Below, in pieces: positions 26,327-36,496 of a stretch of 64,000 nt of DNA. Position numbers and translations under genes: made by a program. The notes beneath the pieces are model-generated. The model worked only from the letters and a program-made list of their open reading frames with translations. It had not been told where the DNA came from and ran no database searches. This DNA comes from Actinomycetota bacterium. GTDB taxonomy: Bacteria > Actinomycetota > Acidimicrobiia > Acidimicrobiales > Ilumatobacteraceae. Positions within the stretch are counted from its first letter, which is position 1, and every line of letters starts with the position of its first letter. The DNA lies in assembly GCA_009702755.1 (NCBI GenBank), contig WLHL01000002.1, positions 27,613 to 91,612 of the forward strand. Reading direction: 5' to 3'.

Positions 26327-27496
26327 ATGTTGAGAATTGGAATGGTGAGCCCGTACAGCCTCACAATTCCAGGGGGAGTGCAGCAGCAAGTTTTGGGACT
26401 CGCTCGGGCATTGCGAGAGAAGGGCCACGAGGTTCGTGTTCTTGGCCCATGTGACGGTCCACCTCCTGATTCATTCGTGACGCCGTTGGGCAACAGTCTT
26501 CCGACAGCCATCAACGGCTCGGTGGCGCCCGTGGCACCCGATGCATCTGCTGCTTTCCGCACTATCCGGGCTCTCAATGACGAAGCCTTTGACGTGCTCC
26601 ATGTGCATGAGCCTCTTGTCCCCGGTCCCACCCTGACAGCAGTTCTCGTCAAGCTTGCGCCAATTGTTGCAACCTTCCATTCGGCGGGGGAGTCAGGGGC
26701 GTACAAGACGTTCCAGAAGCTGGGCCGTCCAATTGCGCGACGCATTGATGTGCGAGTTGCTGTCTCTGCGGATGCTGTTGAACTTGCTCAGCGTTACATC
26801 GGTGGCGAATACGAAATTCTCTTCAACGGCATCGATCTGGAGGCCTACAGCGGTCCGATTGTGGAGCAGCGGGATAACGCAATTTTCTTTTGCGGGCGTC
26901 ATGAACCACGAAAAGGTCTTGGCGTGCTGCTTGAGGCTGTGTCGCTGATGCCGGGGGATGTTCGATTATGGATTGCATCCGATGGACCAGAAACAGAGCA
27001 CTTAAAAGATCAGTACAAGAATGACCAGCGCATTGAATGGCTTGGTCGAATTTCTGATGCAGAAAAGATTGACCGTCTTCGTCGATCGTCGCTGTTCTGT
27101 GCGCCGTCACTGCGTGGTGAATCGTTCGGCATCGTGTTGCTCGAGGCAATGGCTGCTGGCACTCCTGTTGTTTCCACTGATATCGATGGGTATCGCAATG
27201 TTGCAACCGATGGTGAAAATGCTTTGTTAGTGGAACCGGGTAATGCACAGGCTCTTGCATCTGCAATGTCTCGAATTGTTGCTGATCCTCGTCTAGCAAC
27301 TCGTTTGACAACCGCAGGACGTATTCACGCACAGTCCTATTCGCTCGACGCATTAGCTGACCATTACGTACTGTTGTACGAGAAGGCGCTCGGTATGGAA
27401 GCCGACAACATCACGAAGATTGAGCTACCTCGTATGCTGAAGCGCTTCGAAGGACGCTTTTTGAGAAGAAATCGACTTGGAGGGTCCGACCAATAG
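26327..27496 (+). CDS. pimA: GT4 phosphatidylinositol alpha-mannosyltransferase (PimA-like)
   Basis: MLRIGMVSPYSLTIPGGVQQQVLGLARALREKGHEVRVLGP parallels the PimA N-terminus. The GT4 EX7E region is ESFGIVLLEAMAAGTPVV. Confidence 0.85.
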   Translation: MLRIGMVSPYSLTIPGGVQQQVLGLARALREKGHEVRVLGPCDGPPPDSFVTPLGNSLPTAINGSVAPVAPDASAAFRTIRALNDEAFDVLHVHEPLVPGPTLTAVLVKLAPIVATFHSAGESGAYKTFQKLGRPIARRIDVRVAVSADAVELAQRYIGGEYEILFNGIDLEAYSGPIVEQRDNAIFFCGRHEPRKGLGVLLEAVSLMPGDVRLWIASDGPETEHLKDQYKNDQRIEWLGRISDAEKIDRLRRSSLFCAPSLRGESFGIVLLEAMAAGTPVVSTDIDGYRNVATDGENALLVEPGNAQALASAMSRIVADPRLATRLTTAGRIHAQSYSLDALADHYVLLYEKALGMEADNITKIELPRMLKRFEGRFLRRNRLGGSDQ

Positions 27497-27514
27497 GTCG
27501 GCACGGAAGGAACT

Positions 27515-28327
27515 ATGAATCAGCGACAGTGGATTCCCATTGAAGAGTCAGCAGCGCCGAATTTGGCTCGCATTAAGAAACTTGAGTGGGTGATTACAGC
27601 AGGAGGGACGCTTCTCTTTCTGCTGATTGGTTTTGCTGTCGGGCAGCCTCTGCTTGCCGTACTCGGTTTGGCAGTGTTCGGCACATTTGCATGGGCGATT
27701 GGACGAAACGCAGAAGAGAACATTCTTGCGGAACTGTCGTTGACGCCTGCAGATGAAAATGACCATGCGCGTCTCTTCAACGTTGTGGAAGGTCTTCGTA
27801 TGAGTAGTGGCGACCATCGTCCTGCGATGTACATCACACCGTCTGACTTTCCTCTTGCATTCGCAATCTCGGAAGCAGGTTCTGACGGAAACATCATTGT
27901 CTCTGACGGTTTCTTGCGTGTGATGGACCGGGTGGAAACTGAAGCAGTTGTCTCTCATCTGTTGTGGCGCATCAGATCTGGCGATGCCGCACTAGTGGCG
28001 TATCTCATTTCGTTTCATTCTTTGATGTCTCGAGTGGGTCTTTCTCGCCTTGCACAAAAGGTCATTGACCGATCTGTCGATACTCGTGCGCTCATTTGGG
28101 CAGACATTTCTGCGTGCCAAGCCACTCGTTATCCACCTGCATTGATCTCCGCATTAGAAAAATGTGCTCAGTTTCAAGAGACTATTTCCGTTGGTGTGGC
28201 TGCTCCATTCTGTTTTGCACTGCCAGAGCTCTCATCAAATGACACAGATTCATCATCAATAGTTCCTAGTGTTGTATTTGCCCGTCCGTCATTAGCGGAA
28301 CGCATTGCTGTTCTCAAGGAGATTTGA
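27515..28327 (+). CDS. HtpX/M48-like membrane protein with a degenerate active site (HExxH replaced by HLLWR)
   Basis: Two N-terminal TM helices. P(L)AFA, then MDRVETEAVVSHLLWRIRSGD, aligns position by position with E. coli HtpX [21 protein letters not shown]. The C-terminal PSLAERIAVL resembles the M48 HPP..RI..L tail. Confidence 0.7.
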   Translation: MNQRQWIPIEESAAPNLARIKKLEWVITAGGTLLFLLIGFAVGQPLLAVLGLAVFGTFAWAIGRNAEENILAELSLTPADENDHARLFNVVEGLRMSSGDHRPAMYITPSDFPLAFAISEAGSDGNIIVSDGFLRVMDRVETEAVVSHLLWRIRSGDAALVAYLISFHSLMSRVGLSRLAQKVIDRSVDTRALIWADISACQATRYPPALISALEKCAQFQETISVGVAAPFCFALPELSSNDTDSSSIVPSVVFARPSLAERIAVLKEI

Positions 28328-28328
28328 A

Positions 28329-29414
28329 ATGTCTAGAAATCATCGCCCACTTATTCGTTTGGCCGCAGCCGTCTTGGTTGTCTCTGTTCTTGCAGCATGC
28401 GGTGGAGGAAGTTCTTCCTCAGATACCTCTTCAGCAGACGGCACGAATGCAGCAGTCCCCGGACAAGGTGATGGTGTGAACTATCCGTTGACCGGTCTGC
28501 CGATTGAAGACAAGGCAGCAGCTGCGCGTCCCGCTCTGGTTGCCAAGATTGATAATCATCCTGCAGCGCGTCCACAAACTGGTTTGAACAAAGCTGACAT
28601 TGTTTTTGAAGAGAATGTGGAAGCTCTTACGCGTTTCGCCGCTGTGTTCCATAGCCAAGGCAGTGATCCGGTTGGACCTCTTCGCAGTGGCCGAACACAA
28701 GACATTGACATTCTGGGTTCTTTCAACAAGCCACTCTTTGCATGGAGTGGCGGTAACTACCGAGTCACACGTGCAATCAGCTCTAGTGACTTGGTGAATG
28801 TCGGCTACAGCGCGTCACGTGGCAAGGGTGGGTACTACCGAGCCAAAGACAAGAAGATCCCGCACAACTTGTTTGCAAAGACAACCGATCTGTGGACACT
28901 TGCTCCAAAGGATGCAGTGTCACCACAGCAGCAATACACATACCGCGGTAGTAGCGATGCAAAGCCTGCAACCTCAACAGCTGTTGATGGAGCAAAGGTC
29001 TCGATGTACAACGTGAAGGTGTACTGGAAGTGGGATGCGGCGACAAGCAACTTCATTCGTTTCACTGAGAATCTCAAGCGCGAACTTGAGCCCCACATGG
29101 CTGACGATGGTCAGGTGAATACAAAGAATGTTCTCGTTCTCTACGTCACCTATGTACGCAGCAAGGCTGACCGCAAGAGCCCAAATGCTCTCACCGTGGG
29201 TAAGGGGACCGGCTTCGTTATGACCGACGGTGGGCTCATCCCCATCAACTGGGTACGACCAAATCGTCTTGTCCCGTTCACATTGACCGATGCAAACGGT
29301 GCGGTTGTTCGAATGACACCAGGGCGTACCTGGGTTGAATTGGCGTGGAAGAACTCCTTGGCGCCAGTCGGACCCGGAATTGACCCGAAGACGGTCAAGT
29401 TCCCCGCAGTCTGA
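28329..29414 (+). CDS. DUF3048-family lipoprotein
   Basis: AAGGAG lies upstream of the ATG at 28329. The signal peptide has the lipobox LAAC. The DUF3048-like core is YPLTGLP...[39 protein letters not shown]. Confidence 0.8.
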   Translation: MSRNHRPLIRLAAAVLVVSVLAACGGGSSSSDTSSADGTNAAVPGQGDGVNYPLTGLPIEDKAAAARPALVAKIDNHPAARPQTGLNKADIVFEENVEALTRFAAVFHSQGSDPVGPLRSGRTQDIDILGSFNKPLFAWSGGNYRVTRAISSSDLVNVGYSASRGKGGYYRAKDKKIPHNLFAKTTDLWTLAPKDAVSPQQQYTYRGSSDAKPATSTAVDGAKVSMYNVKVYWKWDAATSNFIRFTENLKRELEPHMADDGQVNTKNVLVLYVTYVRSKADRKSPNALTVGKGTGFVMTDGGLIPINWVRPNRLVPFTLTDANGAVVRMTPGRTWVELAWKNSLAPVGPGIDPKTVKFPAV

Positions 29415-29472
29415 CGAACGTCTCACTTATTCAGTGGCAGGAGGGCATGGTGCCCTCTGTAGCCTGCTAACC

Positions 29473-30372
29473 ATGACCTCGACGAACGGATCCTCTGTCG
29501 GCACCCAGCGCGTAAAGCGTGGCTTGGCTGAGATGTTGAAGGGCGGCGTGATTATGGACGTCGTCAATGCTGAGCAAGCAAAGATTGCAGAAGATGCTGG
29601 CGCATGCGCCGTTATGGCTCTCGAGCGTGTTCCTGCTGACATTCGCCGTGATGGCGGAGTTGCTCGTATGAGTGACCCAGAGATGATCGAAGGCATTAAG
29701 GCCGCTGTCACCATTCCTGTGATGGCCAAGGTTCGTATTGGTCACTTCGTTGAAGCTCAGATTCTCGAAGCCCTCGGCGTCGACTTCATCGATGAGTCTG
29801 AAGTGTTGACCCCTGCTGACGAAACACACCACATCGACAAGTTTGGATTCACAGTTCCTTTCGTCTGTGGTGCAACAAATCTTGGTGAAGCCCTTCGTCG
29901 CGTTTCTGAAGGCGCGTGCATGATTCGCTCAAAGGGTGAAGCCGGAACCGGCAACATCGTGGAAGCTGTTCGTCACCTTCGCAATATCTTTGGTGATATC
30001 CGCAAGATCACTCAGGCTGACAATGCCGAGTTGTTCCAGTGGGCAAAGACGTTGCAGGCACCTCTTGGTCTTGTGCAGGAAATTGCAGAGACAGGCAAGT
30101 TCCCCGTGCCCATTTTCTGTGCAGGCGGCATCGCTACTCCTGCAGATGCTGCACTCGCAATGCAATTGGGTGGAGAAGCAGTGTTCGTTGGTTCAGGCAT
30201 CTTCAAGAGCGACGATCCAGCACCACGTGCGAAAGCAATCGTTGAAGCAACCACTCACTTCCGTGATGCCAATGTTCTCGCTCGCGTGAGTCGTGGCCTT
30301 GGTGCGCCGATGACCGGTATCGCAATGGACGAGATCAACGGAACTCAGCGTTTCGCTGAGCGCGGCTGGTAA
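29473..30372 (+). CDS. pdxS: Pyridoxal 5'-phosphate synthase lyase subunit PdxS
   Basis: [53 protein letters not shown]. The ATG at 29473 gives the normal length of about 300 aa. The ORF-track start at 29335 lies inside the upstream gene. Confidence 0.96.
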   Translation: MTSTNGSSVGTQRVKRGLAEMLKGGVIMDVVNAEQAKIAEDAGACAVMALERVPADIRRDGGVARMSDPEMIEGIKAAVTIPVMAKVRIGHFVEAQILEALGVDFIDESEVLTPADETHHIDKFGFTVPFVCGATNLGEALRRVSEGACMIRSKGEAGTGNIVEAVRHLRNIFGDIRKITQADNAELFQWAKTLQAPLGLVQEIAETGKFPVPIFCAGGIATPADAALAMQLGGEAVFVGSGIFKSDDPAPRAKAIVEATTHFRDANVLARVSRGLGAPMTGIAMDEINGTQRFAERGW

Positions 30373-30406
30373 GTAGTACTCATCCACATGGATTCGAGGC
30401 CTCCGG

Positions 30407-30991
30407 GTGAACCTTGTCGTTGGAGTACTTGCTCTCCAAGGAGCATTCGCGGCACACGCTGAGTGTGTTGCTTCGCTTGGCGTCTCGGTTCTGGAAGTAC
30501 GTACTCCAGAACAACTCGAAGACGTTGATGCGCTGGTGATGCCGGGTGGCGAATCCAGCACGATGTCGCAACTGTTGTTGTCATCGGGTCTCTTTGATGC
30601 AATTGCGCAACGTATTGCGAAGGGCATGCCCACATTTGGAACGTGCGCCGGAATGATTCTTCTTGCATCGGAAGTCCTTGATGGTCGTCCCGACCAGCGC
30701 AGTTTTGGCGCAATCGACATCTCGGTGCGGCGCAATGCTTTCGGTCGTCAGATTGATTCATTTGAGACTGCTATCGATACGCCGTTTGGGGAATTCCACG
30801 GAGTCTTCATTCGTGCGCCGCGTATCGAGCGCACCGGGTCGGCCGTCGAAGTCATTGGTCGACTCGGAGATGAGCCAGTCTTGGTGCGTCAAGGCAATGT
30901 GCTGGCCGCGTCTTTCCATCCTGAGTTGGCGGGCGATGCTCGTCTTCACGAGTACTTTGTAACAACCATGACAACTGCGAGAAAGGTGTAA
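30407..30991 (+). CDS. pdxT: Pyridoxal 5'-phosphate synthase glutaminase subunit PdxT
   Basis: VGVLALQGAF..H, PGGESTM-type and GTCAG (catalytic Cys) motifs. GTG start. Confidence 0.94.
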   Translation: MNLVVGVLALQGAFAAHAECVASLGVSVLEVRTPEQLEDVDALVMPGGESSTMSQLLLSSGLFDAIAQRIAKGMPTFGTCAGMILLASEVLDGRPDQRSFGAIDISVRRNAFGRQIDSFETAIDTPFGEFHGVFIRAPRIERTGSAVEVIGRLGDEPVLVRQGNVLAASFHPELAGDARLHEYFVTTMTTARKV

Positions 30992-30994
30992 CCG

Positions 30995-31741
30995 ATGTCC
31001 GGTCACTCCAAATGGGCAACTATTAAGCACAAGAAGGGCGCAGCCGACAAGGCTCGCGGAAAACTCTTCGCAAAACTTGCGCGTCAGATTGAAGTAGCAG
31101 CACGTGCAGGTGGCGGAGACGTTGACTCCAATGCGGCACTACGCACCATGGTGCTGAAGGCAAAAGCCGGTCAGATGACAAAGGACGCCATCGATCGTGC
31201 GATTAAGCGCGGTATTGGTGAAAACGATGGCGCTAACTACGAAACGATCATGTACGAGGGATACGCACCTGGTGGTGTGGCCATGCTGGTTGACACTCTG
31301 ACTGACAATCGCAATCGCACTGCATCTGATGTGCGCACAGCATTCAGCAAGTTTGGTGGCTCATTGGCAGAGCCCGGAGCAGTGGGCTGGCAGTTCTCGC
31401 GTCGCGGTGTTGTCCTTGTGGATGGTTCTCTCGATGAAGACACTGTGATGTCGGCAGCACTGGAAGCAGGCGCTGAAGATATTGAGCGCGATGGAGATTC
31501 ATGGCGAGTGTTGACCGACTCTTCGGCTGTGTATGACGTGAAGGATGCGCTTGAAGCGGCTGGTATTGATGTGCAGAGCGCTGAATCAACAATGGTCTCC
31601 TCCACGTCAATTGAGGTCACCGATATTGAAGATGCAAAACAGATTTTGCGAATCATGGACATGTTGGAGGACAATGATGATGTGCAAGATGTGTATGCAA
31701 ACTTTGATATTGATGACGCTTTAATGCAGGAGCTTGGCTGA
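30995..31741 (+). CDS. yebC: YebC/PmpR-family DNA-binding regulator
   Basis: [28 protein letters not shown] is the canonical N-terminus. Confidence 0.95.
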   Translation: MSGHSKWATIKHKKGAADKARGKLFAKLARQIEVAARAGGGDVDSNAALRTMVLKAKAGQMTKDAIDRAIKRGIGENDGANYETIMYEGYAPGGVAMLVDTLTDNRNRTASDVRTAFSKFGGSLAEPGAVGWQFSRRGVVLVDGSLDEDTVMSAALEAGAEDIERDGDSWRVLTDSSAVYDVKDALEAAGIDVQSAESTMVSSTSIEVTDIEDAKQILRIMDMLEDNDDVQDVYANFDIDDALMQELG

Positions 31742-32193
31742 TGGCTATCGCAGTAGGGGACCTCGCTCCCGATTTCACACTTCCTGGCACTGGTGGTCGC
31801 GAATACACGTTGTCGTCGTATCGGGGTCAGCCTGTTGTTTTGGTGTTCTACCCAGGTGATGACACACCTGTCTGCACGAAGCAATTGAATTCCTATAACA
31901 ACGAACTCTCTGCTTTTGACACCGTGGGTGCGCAAGTACTTGCTGTCTCTGCCCAGGATGTCTCCAGTCATGAAGAGTTTGCTTCCAAGCACGGATTCAA
32001 GTTTCCGCTCCTCGCTGATACCGACAAGACGGTGGCAGGGCTCTTTGGCACGGTGGGTCCATTGGGATATCCGCGACGCAGCGTCTTTGTGATCGATGCA
32101 AATGGGGTCATCCGCTATGCCCACAAGGCCATTGCCGGCCTGACTTTTAGGCCCGTCGAAGAGCTGGTCGCAGCTGTCGAGGCTGCACGCTGA
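31741..32193 (+). CDS. bcp: Peroxiredoxin (Bcp/AhpC-TSA family)
   Basis: The peroxidatic Cys motif is [14 protein letters not shown]. 150 aa. A TGATG overlap links it to yebC. Confidence 0.9.
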   Translation: MAIAVGDLAPDFTLPGTGGREYTLSSYRGQPVVLVFYPGDDTPVCTKQLNSYNNELSAFDTVGAQVLAVSAQDVSSHEEFASKHGFKFPLLADTDKTVAGLFGTVGPLGYPRRSVFVIDANGVIRYAHKAIAGLTFRPVEELVAAVEAAR

Positions 32194-32227
32194 AGTTCCG
32201 CCCTTCGGCCAAAGGCCTCGGGTAACA

Positions 32228-32243
32228 TAGAACATATGTTCGC
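32228..32243. promoter_or_regulatory. LexA (Cheo/SOS) box TAGAAC-ATAT-GTTCGC centred on the ruvC start codon
   Basis: GAAC-N4-GTTC is perfect. 10 of 12 flanking positions match the actinobacterial TCGAAC-N4-GTTCGA consensus. The ruvC ATG occupies 32236-32238 inside the box. A TAACAT -10-like hexamer lies at 32223-32228. Confidence 0.65.
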
Positions 32244-32760
32244 TCAAGTGGTCCTCGGGGTCGATCCTGGCCTCACCCGTTGTGGGTATGCGGTCTTGGG
32301 CATGAATTCTTCACAGGACATCAAAGCCTTGGCCATTGGTGTGCTTCGTACCCCTCCTTCAGCAGCTCTTCATGACCGTCTTGCTGAGATTCATCGCGAG
32401 GTGGAAGGCCTGTTGTCTGACTTCAAGCCACATGCTGTTGCTATCGAGCAAGTGTTCTTTCAGAACAACGTTCGCACTGCCATGGGGGTTGGTCAAGCCA
32501 GTGGCATCGTGTTGGCTCTTGCTGCTCGTGCCGGATGCGACGTTGCTCAGTACACCCCATCGCAGGTGAAGAACACGGTTGCCGGATGGGGTGGTGCCAC
32601 CAAAGAACAGATTGGTCTGATGGTGCAGCAACGTCTTCGTCTCGAGGCGGTTCCTCAGCCTGCCGACGCAGCTGATGCAGCTGCCATTGCACTGTGTCAT
32701 TGCTCTATCGCACCGTTCATCGCATCACGAGATGCGGCTATTGCTCGGAGCATTCGATGA
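32236..32760 (+). CDS. ruvC: Holliday junction resolvase RuvC
   Basis: VLGVDPGLTRCGYAVL (catalytic Asp), and ..ADAADAAAIALCH near the C-terminus. Confidence 0.95.
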   Translation: MFAQVVLGVDPGLTRCGYAVLGMNSSQDIKALAIGVLRTPPSAALHDRLAEIHREVEGLLSDFKPHAVAIEQVFFQNNVRTAMGVGQASGIVLALAARAGCDVAQYTPSQVKNTVAGWGGATKEQIGLMVQQRLRLEAVPQPADAADAAAIALCHCSIAPFIASRDAAIARSIR

Positions 32761-33350
32761 TTGGCAGTTTGCGAGGAATCGTCCTTGAACGTTTCGTTCC
32801 TTCCACGGTTCTTCTGGAAGTTGCCGGCGTTGGGTACTTATGCAATGTCACAACCGCAACGTTTGGTGAATGTGAACCGACAGTTCCGGTGTTCTTTCAT
32901 ATCCATCAACACATCCGTGAAGATGCACATACCTTGTTTGCTTTCACCTCGCGTGTTGAAAGAGACACTTTCAACATATTGATCGCGACACATGGCATTG
33001 GTCCATCAATGGCGATGGCAATTCTTTCTACCTACGCACCAACGGCGCTCATTGGCATCGTGGGGTCGGGCGATACTGCGGCACTCACCGTTGTTCCGGG
33101 TGTTGGAAAGAAAACTGCTGAACGCCTGATGGTGGAATTGAAGTCACGTTTGAATATTGACGGGATCACAAGCGGAGACCCCATTGATTCTGTTCAATCA
33201 GCTGCCGCAGATGTTCGTGAAGCATTGACTGCATTGGGGTACGGAACTGAAGAGATTCGTGACACCATGCGCCAATTGAATACTGCTGATGATTCTGAAT
33301 CCATGCTGCGTGATGCACTGGCTTTGTTAGGGGCACGTCGTGCGGGATGA
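32757..33350 (+). CDS. ruvA: Holliday junction branch migration complex subunit RuvA
   Basis: [11 protein letters not shown]..., plus HhH motifs ([12 protein letters not shown]). An ATGA overlap links it to ruvC. The ORF-track start at 32694 lies inside ruvC. Confidence 0.94.
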   Translation: MIGSLRGIVLERFVPSTVLLEVAGVGYLCNVTTATFGECEPTVPVFFHIHQHIREDAHTLFAFTSRVERDTFNILIATHGIGPSMAMAILSTYAPTALIGIVGSGDTAALTVVPGVGKKTAERLMVELKSRLNIDGITSGDPIDSVQSAAADVREALTALGYGTEEIRDTMRQLNTADDSESMLRDALALLGARRAG

Positions 33351-34332
33351 GTTTTTAGATCCAGCCTTGGCGTCAGATCATGAAGTGTCTGATGAAGTCA
33401 GTTTGCGACCACGAGAACTCGATGAATTCGTTGGGCAGCGAGAACTGAAAGAACATCTCGACATTGTTTTGGGTGCAGCAAAACAACGTGGGCAAGCGGC
33501 CGACCATATTTTGTTGGCGGGGCCACCTGGGTTGGGTAAAACCACGATGGCCGGAATTGTTGCTGCCGAAATGGGTGTGGCTTTGCATGTCACAAGTGGT
33601 CCTGCTCTCGAACGTGCCGGAGATCTTGCAGCCATCCTCACCAAACTGGGTGAAGGCGATGTGTTGTTCATCGACGAGATCCATCGTCTCTCACGGTCGG
33701 TCGAAGAGATCTTGTACCCAGCAATGGAGGATTTCCAGATTGACATTGTTGTGGGCAAAGGACCGGCTGCATCTTCCATCCGTTTGACGCTTCCTCGTTT
33801 TACTCTCATCGGTGCCACCACTCGCACCGGAATGATCACTGGGCCTTTGCGCGACCGATTCGGTCTCGTCGCTCGCCTTGACTACTACGACCACGATGAG
33901 TTGGAATTGATTGTGACGCGGGCCGCGCGCATTCTTGATGTTCCGATTGATGAAGGTGCATCAGTGCAGATTGCACGGCGAAGCCGAGGAACCCCGCGTA
34001 TCGCAAACAGGCTTCTTCGTCGCGTACGCGACTTTGCTGAAGTGCGTAGTGATGGTCGTATCGATAACGACACTGCTACCGAGGCATTGCGAGTCTTTGG
34101 TGTTGACAACCTGGGTCTCGACAAAGTCGATCGCGCGATTTTGCGCAGTTTGTGTGAACAGTTCGATGGTGGACCAGTGGGTCTGACCACATTGGCCATC
34201 GCTGTGGGTGAGCAACCTGAAACCGTGGAAGATGTGTATGAGCCCTTCCTGATTCAGCTTGGTCTGATCGCCCGTACGCCACGGGGACGAATCGCGATGG
34301 ATGCCGCCCGTACGCACCTTGCGAGCCCCTAG
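33340..34332 (+). CDS. ruvB: Holliday junction branch migration DNA helicase RuvB
   Basis: [12 protein letters not shown], Walker [16 protein letters not shown] and [17 protein letters not shown]. Confidence 0.97.
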   Translation: MRDEFLDPALASDHEVSDEVSLRPRELDEFVGQRELKEHLDIVLGAAKQRGQAADHILLAGPPGLGKTTMAGIVAAEMGVALHVTSGPALERAGDLAAILTKLGEGDVLFIDEIHRLSRSVEEILYPAMEDFQIDIVVGKGPAASSIRLTLPRFTLIGATTRTGMITGPLRDRFGLVARLDYYDHDELELIVTRAARILDVPIDEGASVQIARRSRGTPRIANRLLRRVRDFAEVRSDGRIDNDTATEALRVFGVDNLGLDKVDRAILRSLCEQFDGGPVGLTTLAIAVGEQPETVEDVYEPFLIQLGLIARTPRGRIAMDAARTHLASP

Positions 34333-34341
34333 CCTCATCAC

Positions 34342-35352
34342 GTGAATCTTTCGGACATTGACTATGACCTGCCCGAGGGTCTCATCGCTCAGAAGCCCAT
34401 TGAACCGAGGGACTCTGCCCGCTTGTTAACTGATGTGGATGGCGCTGGTATTCGGCATCTCTCAGTTGGCAATCTGCACACGTTGGTTCGTCCAGGTGAC
34501 GTCATCGTTGTCAACGACACCCGTGTGCTTCCCGCGCGACTTGCACTGAATCGCAAGACGGGAGGCGCTGCTGAGGTATTGCTCCTTGAGCAACGTTCTC
34601 CCGATGGTCGTTTGTGGGAAGCGATGGTGAAGCCTGCGCGCAAGCTGAAAGAAGGGGAGTTGCTGGAGTATTTCGGCAAGCGCGTGGTTCGTATTGGCCC
34701 TCGTACGGAAGCGGGCGACACTTTTGTTGTGGAGATCACGGACGATGATCCACTTGACTTGATTCAACGCATCGGAGCGATGCCATTACCTCCGTACATT
34801 CGTGGCTCGTTGAAAGACAACGAGCGTTATCAAACCGTGTATTCCCGTCGAGCCGCTAGCGCAGCAGCGCCAACAGCTGGACTTCATTTCACACCTGAAC
34901 TAATGCAGAAGGTGCAAGACGCCGGAGCCCGCATTGAACGAGTCGAACTCATCGTCGGTCTCGACACGTTCAAGCCAATTTCAACGGATAATCCGCTCGA
35001 TCACGTGATTCATTCTGAGTACTTTCATGTTGAGCCGTCTGTGTTGCAGGCGTGCAAGGACGCCGAAAGAGTCATTGCGATTGGGACAACTGCGACACGC
35101 GCCCTTGAATCTTCTTCCACATTGGGTCAGCCGTCAGGTCGTACGTCTTTATTTATTACCCCGGGTTATGAATGGAAAGTGGTTGACACGATGTTGACAA
35201 ATTTCCATATGCCGAAGACTTCGCTGTTGTTAATGATCGAATCTTTTGTGGGGCGACGGTGGCGAGATTTGTATGCGGAGGCGATCAATGAGAAGTACCG
35301 CTTTTTGTCGTTTGGCGATGCGATGTTGATTGACCGCAAGAAAGAGAACTAA
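34342..35352 (+). CDS. queA: tRNA preQ1(34) S-adenosylmethionine ribosyltransferase-isomerase
   Basis: DYDLPEGLIAQKPIEPRDSARLL, PLPPYI, AAPTAGLHFT and GTT..RALES. GTG start. Confidence 0.95.
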   Translation: MNLSDIDYDLPEGLIAQKPIEPRDSARLLTDVDGAGIRHLSVGNLHTLVRPGDVIVVNDTRVLPARLALNRKTGGAAEVLLLEQRSPDGRLWEAMVKPARKLKEGELLEYFGKRVVRIGPRTEAGDTFVVEITDDDPLDLIQRIGAMPLPPYIRGSLKDNERYQTVYSRRAASAAAPTAGLHFTPELMQKVQDAGARIERVELIVGLDTFKPISTDNPLDHVIHSEYFHVEPSVLQACKDAERVIAIGTTATRALESSSTLGQPSGRTSLFITPGYEWKVVDTMLTNFHMPKTSLLLMIESFVGRRWRDLYAEAINEKYRFLSFGDAMLIDRKKEN

Positions 35353-35355
35353 CTC

Positions 35356-36453
35356 ATGTTTGCAGTGAAACTCAATATCAATGCACGTGATGGTGATGCT
35401 CGAGTCGGAACCGCTACGACTCATCGCGGCACGTACGACACTCCATTATTCATGCCAGTGGGTACACGTGGGGCAATCAAATATCTCAGTGCTCGGGACT
35501 ACGAAGAGCTGGGTGCTCAGATCGTCTTGGGTAACACGTATCACCTCATGCTTCGTCCTGGTGCAGAACTCATCGAGAAGTTCGGTGGTCTTGGATCATT
35601 TGCCGGCTGGAAGGGACTCACGCTCACTGACTCAGGCGGCTTTCAAGTTTTCTCACTTGACCCAAAGGTTGATGATGATGGCGTGACATTCAAGTCCACT
35701 TATGACGGTTCCTATCATCGGTTTACGCCAGAGATCGCTGTTGACGTTCAACAGAAATTGGGCGCAGACATTCAGATGGTTCTTGATGTGTGTACGTCTC
35801 TGCCAGCTGAGCCAAGTGTTGTTCGGCTCGCACTAGAGCGCACTGCTGAATGGGCCAAGCGCGCCAAAGCTGCACACACCCGACCTGATCAATCTTTGTT
35901 TGGAATTGTTCAAGGCGGAACCGATGCAGCGATGCGTGCGGAGAGTGCTCGTCGCACGGTGGAGATTGGGTTTGACGGGTACGCCATTGGTGGATTGTCG
36001 GTGGGTGAATCTCGTGCAGAGATGGTTGATGCAATTGGTGCCTGCATTGGGGAACTTCCAGATGATCAGCCTCGTTACCTCATGGGTGTTGGAGACCCTG
36101 CCTCTCTCGTGGAAGCAGTTGCTCTTGGTGTTGATCAATTTGATTGCGTGTTACAGACCAGACTCGGACGACATGGTGCGGCTTTAACATCACAAGGGCG
36201 TCTTCAGATAAAGAATGCCAAGTTTGCAGAATCAGATGAGCCTCTTGACCCCGCTTGTTCCTGTTGGGTGTGCCAGTCCCATACACGTGGATATCTGCGA
36301 CATCTGACGCAAGTCGGGGAGCCCAGTGCAGCTCGGTTGGTCTCAGTGCACAATGTGGCGTGGACCATCAACTTCATGGCAGAAATGCGCGAGTCCATCA
36401 CGAACGGAACTTTTTCTCGCTTCAGGGCCTCAGTTTTGGATCTTTGGGGCTAG
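35356..36453 (+). CDS. tgt: tRNA-guanine(34) transglycosylase
   Basis: ARVG...THRG...TP.FMPVGT, LTDSGGFQVFSL, and the zinc site C.C..C..H (ACSCWVCQSHTRGYLRHL). Confidence 0.96.
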   Translation: MFAVKLNINARDGDARVGTATTHRGTYDTPLFMPVGTRGAIKYLSARDYEELGAQIVLGNTYHLMLRPGAELIEKFGGLGSFAGWKGLTLTDSGGFQVFSLDPKVDDDGVTFKSTYDGSYHRFTPEIAVDVQQKLGADIQMVLDVCTSLPAEPSVVRLALERTAEWAKRAKAAHTRPDQSLFGIVQGGTDAAMRAESARRTVEIGFDGYAIGGLSVGESRAEMVDAIGACIGELPDDQPRYLMGVGDPASLVEAVALGVDQFDCVLQTRLGRHGAALTSQGRLQIKNAKFAESDEPLDPACSCWVCQSHTRGYLRHLTQVGEPSAARLVSVHNVAWTINFMAEMRESITNGTFSRFRASVLDLWG

Positions 36454-36496
36454 TTCTTCGGGCTCGGTAGCCCTCTCAGGGCTAGGATTCACCACC

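Noticed and set aside
29441-29457. Hairpins after stop codons, considered as terminators: GAGGGCA-TGG-TGCCCTC here, ACCCCGT-N16-ACGGGGT at about 18033-18062, and GGGG-TTCTCG-CCCC at 18835-18848
   Set aside because: The stems are real, but they are short and none is followed by a T-tract. I cannot separate them from chance or from other roles without folding energies or 3'-end data, so I did not list them as features.
31237-32247. 336-aa minus-strand ORF crossing yebC, bcp and the ruvC promoter
   Set aside because: The product is Ser-rich and low in complexity, with no recognisable family. It lies antisense to two strongly supported genes in different frames. Stop-poor antisense frames recur throughout this window and fit codon-bias artefacts.
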